From Catajapyx aquilonaris (Eukaryota), in the NCBI GenBank assembly GCA_000934665.2, contig KZ538229.1:62001-95654 (forward strand): DNA of 33,654 bases, given 5' to 3'. Positions 26,701 to 33,654 of this stretch are shown piece after piece; position 1 is the first letter of the stretch, and each line of letters begins with the position of its first letter. The position numbers and the translations under genes were made by a program. Below the pieces are notes generated by a model. The model ran no database searches. It was not told the DNA's origin and saw nothing but the letters and a program-made list of their open reading frames with translations.

Positions 26701-27606
26701 AATAGGGAAGTGTATAAAAATGTCATAAAATTGCCTTAGCCTCCTCATAAATGCTTCTTATTACATCCTTAACATCCTTCAGAACACGATTGTCACATTT
26801 TTATAAATATATCAGCTGCATATCTATTGCTCAGACTATATTCAGACAATTTATGCGGACGATTGTTTACGTCCGATCGTTTAGTGCGGCTTGCCAAGGA
26901 TAAGCTGGCTGCTGCCTTCTTGTACATTTCTCGAGCGATATCGTTTCTAAACGAGCCTATAAGAGCCGCGAAGTAATTGCAAAGTAATGAATGAACTCGC
27001 CTTCACGCGCTTATCTCTCGGCTGGAACCGAACTTGTGGGCTCGAGGCCAAAAAGCAAAGCAAACCCGGAAAGATAATTCGGCGTCTTGTATAAATATAG
27101 TGTCAAGACCAGGAAATATATATGGAAAGCGTAGTTCAGCACGATTTGACTCACATATTATTAGTTCGCATTTCCTCCTAGCCCGAGAATATAGTTCTTT
27201 TTTTTGCCTTGGGAGTTTATTCCTTCGAACTGTCTTAGCAATAAGGCGTCTTCCGCGCGTGTTATTATACGATGATGCCGGCGAGCCTTTGCACTTTGGT
27301 TGCAAGCCAATGTAAGTTGATAGAAGCAGGGGTTGGAAAGGGGAAAGGGGGGAGACTATATGTTGATTACACCTCCCAGGGGTATTTAATCTCAGTTTCA
27401 GCGTAACGAAGTAACACCGTTTGCCCCGCCCACGACTCTGCAGGGACGCATTCCAGCCGAAAAGACTCTTCTGCCACGTATTATTCTCTTTCACTCCGGA
27501 TGTTTCCACAGGGAATTTTGCCTAAGAACCGAGGAAGGGAGGGCTTTTCCATAGTGAGGCTGGCGAAGACGTAGATGGAACGCAACGATTAAGACTGATG
27601 TTGCAT

Positions 27607-27612
27607 TTTATT
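27607..27612 (-). terminator. candidate polyadenylation signal of AGXT
   Basis: This is the first AATAAA I found on the minus strand after the stop codon, ~335 nt downstream. Confidence 0.45.
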
Positions 27613-27751
27613 TGCTTTCTTGAGATGGTTACATGGAGGGTTGACATTTCAGTGTATGCGCAGTTATTCCAGTGTTAAATTATAAGACCACAAACCGCTT
27701 AATGTAAATTGCATAACTTAATATTTCTATATAATTCGTATAGGAACCTTG

Positions 27752-27921
27752 ATCTGGAGCCGTATACTCATCAAGGTCACTCGCTATCGACAAAGTCGAT
27801 TGACGGCAAAATGACGTCGCCAATGATGACCAGGGCAGGGCGAGGAGAATTGGCGACGTCATTTTGACGTCAATCGACTTCGTAGATTGCGAGTGACCTG
27901 GATGAGTATACGGCTCCAGAT
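27752..27921. repeat. long inverted repeat / foldback (MITE-like) in the AGXT 3' region
   Basis: The arms 27752-27824 and 27849-27921 are 73 bp each, with 68/73 complementary, no gaps, and a 24-nt spacer. Confidence 0.95.
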
Positions 27922-27945
27922 GAACATGGGGGAAAAAATCAAACT

Positions 27946-28102
27946 CTACAATTTGAGCGCAATGGCCGCCTTCTCATAACCTTCCTTGAAAGCATTGAGC
28001 ACCAAATCCACGGACTGCTTGCTAGCATTAACGCCCATGATTCCGATTCTCCAGACGCGGCCGGTAGTTTCTCCCAGGCCTCCGGATATTTCCACCAAAT
28101 AT
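27946..28102 (-). CDS. AGXT: AGXT exon 7 (terminal, TAG stop)
   Basis: tttttcgcag|A then YLVEISGGLGETTGRVWRIGIMG...KAAIALKL*; 157 nt. The exons sum to 1173 nt, i.e. 390 aa plus stop. Confidence 0.96.
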
Positions 28103-28185
28103 CTGCGAAAAAGAAGGTTCTCGATAAGTCGGCTCACGCACTTCAAAAAGCAGACTCCAGACTCTTTTATGTATTATTTTCTCAC

Positions 28186-28434
28186 TTGTCCATGGCGTAG
28201 TTGGTGACCATCTTCCAATCGATTCCTTCCGGCACCCGGATAGTGGTCACGGTTGGAAGCCTCGCATCCGGATTTTTGACCATCAAAGAAAGACCCATGT
28301 CTTGAATACCTTTATATAGTCGATTGGCACAATCCTTATGGCGCTTCCAGCACTTCTCCAGACCTTCTTCGCATAACATGGCCAAACCTTCACGAAGAGC
28401 GTATATGCTCGATATTGGGCCAGTGTGATGGTAC
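28186..28434 (-). CDS. AGXT: AGXT exon 6
   Basis: ttccatcag|G ... GAC AA|gtgaga; 249 nt. Encodes YHHTGPISSIYALREGLA...RLPTVTTIRVPEGIDWKMVTNYAMD. Confidence 0.96.
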
Positions 28435-29274
28435 CTGATGGAAACGCACATTATGAAACACCCCGTACATTGAGCGGGCCAGCTACTAGCCCTTCTCCAA
28501 ATCTTCCAAGGCAAACAATGAAGAATGCGGAAAGGGCTAAGCAGGCGCCGCTCCAAGAGATCTCACGCCACAAGCATTTGAAATTAAAATTTTAAAAACC
28601 GGACAAGACACATTGCGCGGCGAAGATGAAAATTTGTACGTTCTAAAAACTCAACGAGGTCATAACGTCTCGGGGCTCGCGCCAGGCGATTCTTCAAGAT
28701 ACATCTTTTTTTTCTCTCTCTTTCCTTCCTTCTTTTTTTTTAACAAATATTTTATTTTTCTTCCCAGCAAGTGGGCCTTCTTGGTTCATTGGAACATCCC
28801 AGCAGGGAAGGGTAGATATGCAGGAAATGATGTAAGACAACGTCCGAAGCCAGGACAGCGGTCGGGAGCATTTTGCAGTTGGCAATAAGATGGTGAATAA
28901 TTGCACGATGCTTCCCGTCTGGCTTGCATGAGGACAATCCGCCTCGCATTTCGCATACATGAATCCTCGCCAGTTGTATATACATAGTCTCTGGGGCTCC
29001 CAAGTCCCCGCTACGTGACATGGAATTCGTCGCCAACCAACCGCTCAACCGTCACATTCCGACCTGCACTAGCTCATGTTTTCTCGGATTATTTTTCCTG
29101 CTGCACAGTTGAATGGCATCAAGGTCTGGGGCTTGCTTCAACCTTACTCTGGCTCGATCCCCACCTTCTCTTCGCGAATTTTAGACTGCGGCTCACCAAC
29201 TCAAGGACACTTCTCGTGCAATTAAATAGGAGCCATTCGCACCGGAATTAGCCTCACACTGCAATTTCACTTAC

Positions 29275-29370
29275 TTCCTTGGCTCATCTTCGCAGCCCCA
29301 GTAGTTCCACAGCCAGTTCATGTCGAAGTAGAACGAACGGATTGTAGTCGTCCGCTCAACAATTGCCTTC
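29275..29370 (-). CDS. AGXT: AGXT exon 5 (absent from the ORF track)
   Basis: tttggcag|G ... AGG AA|gtaagt; 96 nt. Encodes KAIVERTTTIRSFYFDMNWLWNYWGCEDEPR, matching the family SFY.D...L.NYWGC...PR motif. Confidence 0.95.
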
Positions 29371-30362
29371 CTGCCAAATATACAAGTCCATTCAGTAAAT
29401 GACACACTGAAGAAAATTCGCAATTAATAGGTGATTTTCCGTATTAATTATGACCACATATTTAATTACTAATATTAGTGTATTGTTGAAATCAAATGCG
29501 GTTGTGTGGCAGTGTCAGCTTGAATCGACTGGATTGGTTAACCCAATTGTTATCGCGATTAAATAAATTGTGGCGTTTTTATGGATTCAGTCGGTAGTGC
29601 AATAGCAAATAGTTTATGGTCGCATTAGTTGTGGGCCGATGACTTCCACGAGCATGGGGCAGTTATGCGAGTGCATTAATGCGTGCATGTTAGTGTAAAC
29701 GCGGAATAAAATTGGGCTATCAATATCGGGTAACTGTAGCGATTCATCCTTTTCATTTGGGTCGAACCCCCGGTAATAATTGTAACTCAATTAGACCTGT
29801 CCATTATTTAGCTACTTTTTAATGTCTATTGTCCCCTTTTATATAGCTGCTCATCCGAATTTGTAATCCGGTCAATATAACGGCTTTAAAACCTGTAACG
29901 GCCAACGTGCCAGTGGATAACCCCGGAGATTAACAATTACAATGCATAATCCGCACTAACCCTATTTACATCCGGAAAAAAACTGAAATTAGCTTAGAGC
30001 TACTTTTTTTCCAGTGCACATAAATCTTGCAGATTTGAGCTTCATATCTTTCGGGGTATGGGAATTATCGCGAACATTTGTGTCGTTACAGACTGCACCG
30101 AAAAATCACACAAAAAACTTCGGGTTCATAAAGCTCCACTGGCTCATAAAACCAGTAACATACAAGCGGACCCCGATATGAGAAATAAGGGACAGTAAAG
30201 TTGGGACCGGGGCTTAATTTCCGGACAAATTCCGAGGGCACAGGACTGCATTCCTGGCGCAAAAAAAAACCCCCCTGTTTGGCCCGGATCCATAATAGCC
30301 CCTTTCTCCTATTGAAGATCTTTGGGGGGGTGTTTCTGCGCGAGAAATGGACATCCTTCTCA

Positions 30363-30713
<351 letters not shown>

Positions 30714-30804
30714 TCATTAATATTTCACTATTATGGCCGCCAACTTTGAGCGTTGTGACGGTGTAAATATTTCAAGTAACATCTGACATCTCTAGGGCCG
30801 TCAC

Positions 30805-30970
30805 CTGTGACATAGTTTTCCAATTCCGTCCAGCGGTTGATACACTCCGGTGGAGGACTCGCCGCTGGTGACAAACAGGACCTTGGGTCGGTGCTCCTCC
30901 AAAGCTGCTCGTATCTGCTCCAGGTCAAAGTTGAGCCCGGCTGATGTGATAAGCTTGCGGACATCCGCAC
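30805..30970 (-). CDS. AGXT: AGXT exon 3
   Basis: ttttcag|GT ... CAC AG|gtgacg; 166 nt, following a 58-nt intron. Encodes ADVRKL...HRPKVLFVTSGESSTGVYQPLDGIGKLCH. Confidence 0.96.
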
Positions 30971-31028
30971 CTGAAAACCAAGCCATTCGTGTACATAGTA
31001 ATCACAGTCGGTGCGGCGTGAGTAATAC

Positions 31029-31221
31029 CATGTCTAGCAGCGGAATCAGCTGCTCTCTGGCCCCAAATCCCATTAACAGCGACCAGGATCACGTCATTGG
31101 GCTCGATCAAATTGCAGATGGCGGCCTCCATGCCTGCGTGACCTGTGCCGCTTATGGCCAGCACGTACGGAGTACAGGTCTGAAACGCGTACTGGATACC
31201 AGACTTCACTTCGTCCATCAC
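31029..31221 (-). CDS. AGXT: AGXT exon 2
   Basis: ttgcag|GTG ... CAT G|gtatta; 193 nt. Encodes VMDEVKSGIQYAFQT...ISGTGHAGMEAAICNLIEPND...NGIWGQRAADSAARH, which includes the Gly-rich PLP phosphate loop. Confidence 0.96.
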
Positions 31222-31316
31222 CTGCAACAAATACAGACGAAATGTGCTTTAACTCTATGGGACAGACTCGTCTTTTCCCTATACGTTTCCCCCATAAGAT
31301 TCCCCCATAAGAACGA

Positions 31317-31377
31317 CACTAGATGTCTCTGAGAAATCGGGGGTGTCATTACCCCGATTTCTCAGAGCCATCTAGTG
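31317..31377. repeat. short inverted repeat in AGXT intron 1
   Basis: cactagatgtctctgagaaatcgggg / ccccgatttctcagagccatctagtg: 26-bp arms with 1 mismatch and a 9-nt loop. Confidence 0.9.
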
Positions 31378-32261
31378 GCTGCTGACTTTTGATGTTGCAG
31401 ACTTTCGCTTCCTTTTGAGAGAATGTATTTCCTCTGTCAGAGCCGGAGTGTATTTATAATGGCAATTACAATCACGATGCATTTTCGCCATTGGGGCGCT
31501 CTTGTTAGTGGGGATGAGCCAAAAGTTGGCGCGGGAAAGTTGAAGGAAATCGTAAGTAATTTTCGGAAAAGGGGGGACGAAAGTTTTTTCGAACACAAAA
31601 ATTTACATTTAAAATGACTCGAATAACTTCTAAGCCCATCAGTAATGATTTTAACGAGAGCTTGGGAAGGGGGTACAGGGAAGAAAATGGGAAGTTTGGG
31701 TCTCAACTTTGCGGATTTTCCTTCCGGAGGCGATTATAAAGTGGTCCGCCTGAAAGGGTTCACTTTGTCTAACTTTGTAACTGGTACGAGGTGGAATTGC
31801 CCTTGTTTTCGGCATCAAAGCTGAAAATAATGATGATGTGGCATGGCCTGCGTATACTAGCCGTATCATATGATACTGTATAGTTTTCCGAAATAATGAT
31901 CAGGAAACTTGTGTCTGGTCCTGGCAGAGGGCACCAATGGGCTAACTCGAAAGAAGAGTTGGCTCAACGGCTTCCATCTACCGGCAGTTAGTGCGATGTA
32001 GGCTGATTGCACGATTCGTAAAAACATATTGACAGATCACAATTTGGCAGAATTTTGGTGAATTTGAAAAATATTGAACGGAAACTGACTTTATAGAGTT
32101 TAAAGCTATTACATAGAATTCAATGCAGGCCTAGTAGCCGACTCACGAATTGAAAATTAACCTCGAGAATTAATGATCTTACATTAATTAGTATAGGCTA
32201 TGGTCTACAGATAAAATGGACAGTCAATAACTTGGTCAATAATTGCAATGAGAAGACATAC

Positions 32262-32417
32262 CTTGACAAATTCTGGGTGAAGATGTCCCAGCATAGGCAA
32301 TGCATTGGCAGCCAGGACTCTCTCGGAGCAGTTGGATGGTCCAGGGCCCATCAGCAATTTTTTGGGGATCTCCAGAGGCTTCATCAGCGAAGGGGGAGGA
32401 GGTACTTTCAGTTCCAT
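32262..32417 (-). CDS. AGXT: alanine--glyoxylate / serine--pyruvate aminotransferase, exon 1
   Basis: The context is acaatATG. The exon encodes [52 protein letters not shown], with the class-V aminotransferase LLMGPGPSN motif. Donor AAG|gtatgt; 156 nt, phase 0. Confidence 0.96.
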
Positions 32418-32483
32418 ATTGTTGCCACAAGTGTTACTGTCTGCCAGTGTGAAAGTGATTGGGGACAGAAAATTGGGAGCGGG

Positions 32484-32491
32484 TTTTTATA
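32484..32491 (-). promoter_or_regulatory. candidate TATA box of AGXT
   Basis: The minus strand reads gcgTATAAAAAcccg. An Inr-like TCACTT lies ~35 nt downstream (32453-32458) and the ATG ~70 nt downstream. Confidence 0.55.
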
Positions 32492-32582
32492 CGCCCTTGG
32501 CACCCACCCGATAGCCTCTAGATAAGATCAAGGGGGGAATGAGTTTTGGAATGCGATTTTCAAGTACAGTGTACAGTTTGGG

Positions 32583-32865
32583 ATATCAGCACTAAGCGTG
32601 ACAGAGAAGTGTCTGGATCATACAGAAGGGGAGGGGATGTAGGAAATTGCTATATTATTATCTTGATTATATGCAATTCACATGTGCATTTATACAATGC
32701 ACAAGTGTACGAGCAAGAACCGTGTCTGCTGCATGGTCTGCTGTTTCAGTGTATAAATGCACATGTGAATTGCATATAATCAAGATAATATAGCAATTTC
32801 CTACTACATATCCTCCCCTTCTGTATGATCCAGACACTTCTCTGTCACGCTTAGTGTGCTGATAT
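32583..32865. repeat. long inverted repeat / foldback (MITE-like) upstream of AGXT
   Basis: The arms 32583-32696 and 32750-32865 (~115 bp) differ by three 2-3 nt indels and two substitutions; the spacer is 53 nt. This explains the mirror ORFs sharing TKRDREVSGSYRRGG. Confidence 0.95.
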
Positions 32866-33526
32866 GCCACATATTGTTTGCGTAACTACCTGAGTAACAA
32901 GACACCAGTCCTGTAGTAGGGTTGGAGAAAAAACATGCAGAAGCATGAAGCAGATTTCAATAAATATCGGAATATAACGTCATACGAGAAGCACTGATAC
33001 TAAGGAAGTATTCGTATATAGGTGCTCTACTGTGCATATAAAAATTAGGGCTGCTGTATGTTATTGCGAAATTAACAAAATGTGATTTGTAATGAATACC
33101 TCAACAGTCAGGAGATAAGGCATCAGACAGTTCTAGAAAGTGCAGAAAATTAGTGTTTATACAGACTATGAATTTATCGCGTTGCATGGAGGTTCAACGC
33201 ACAGTTTATATCACAGGTTTCTATGCAGTAGTGTGTCCAGTTATTTGTAAACATTATTGTTTTCTGAGCTGAGGTGAGGGTCGGGAAAGTTCTGGAGTTT
33301 TGTCCGTTTGGAATTAAAGTTAAGGTTTTAAAAATAACTTACTACCATTAATGGAGTTTTGTAAATATTGCTGCTAAGGCAGTTTAATAATCCAGCATAA
33401 AGATATTTATTCTATATGCCTAATGCGCCCTCGCGATGAGATTTCCTGTAATTTTTTAAAAAAACTTTTAGTAATTTTTAAATTTAGAAATATTACCGCG
33501 GCCACGCGCTACCCCGCGGAAACGCT

Positions 33527-33553
33527 TCGCGACCCCCAGGTTGGGAACCACTG
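33527..33553 (-). mobile_element. hAT-family transposon terminal inverted repeat (solo end)
   Basis: The minus strand reads CAGTGGTTCCCAACCTGGGGGTCGCGA, typical of hAT/Charlie-type ends. I did not find the partner end in the window. Confidence 0.65.
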
Positions 33554-33610
33554 GCTCTCGACTGCACACTCTAGACCTAGAGAATAAGACAAACTTTCGG
33601 AGTATAAGGT

Positions 33611-33631
33611 AATAATAATAATAATAATAAT
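33611..33631. repeat. (AAT)7 microsatellite running into AT-only low-complexity sequence
   Basis: aataataataataataataat. Confidence 0.9.
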
Positions 33632-33654
33632 TATATTTATATTATATTATTATA

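Noticed and set aside
27003..27509. Longest ORF in the track (168 aa, minus strand)
   Set aside because: It has a GTG start in a eukaryote, no recognisable domain, and no convincing splice context.
30850..31332. 160-aa plus-strand ORF and other plus-strand ORFs over AGXT
   Set aside because: They are antisense shadows of AGXT exons with no independent homology.
32546..32870. Two opposite-strand ORFs sharing TKRDREVSGSYRRGG
   Set aside because: This is an artefact of the long inverted repeat, not a gene pair.

Overview
Eukaryotic (invertebrate, probably arthropod) genomic DNA with short spliceosomal introns and one 22-N assembly gap. Two spliced protein-coding genes are supported, both on the minus strand. 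(1) A complete 7-exon alanine--glyoxylate / serine--pyruvate aminotransferase gene (AGXT-like, 390 aa, 27946-32417). All its introns are GT-AG and in frame, and it carries the PLP-lysine motif SGSQK. (2) The 5' part of short gastrulation/chordin (sog), which the ORF track misses. A signal-peptide exon at 11897-12020 splices across an ~11.7 kb intron into a CR1 (VWC) exon at 73-176, and the gene continues off the left edge. The non-coding space holds at least seven unrelated foldback/inverted-repeat elements, two of which bracket AGXT (one in the predicted 3'UTR, one ~90 bp upstream of the TATA box). It also holds transposon remnants (Helitron 3' end, hAT terminus, degenerate LINE RT fragment) and microsatellites. 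The most speculative lead is a frame-compatible chain of exon-like segments inside the sog intron that could reuse the sog signal-peptide exon. Most ORFs in the supplied track are spurious. All homology calls are by eye from known motifs; no searches were run.
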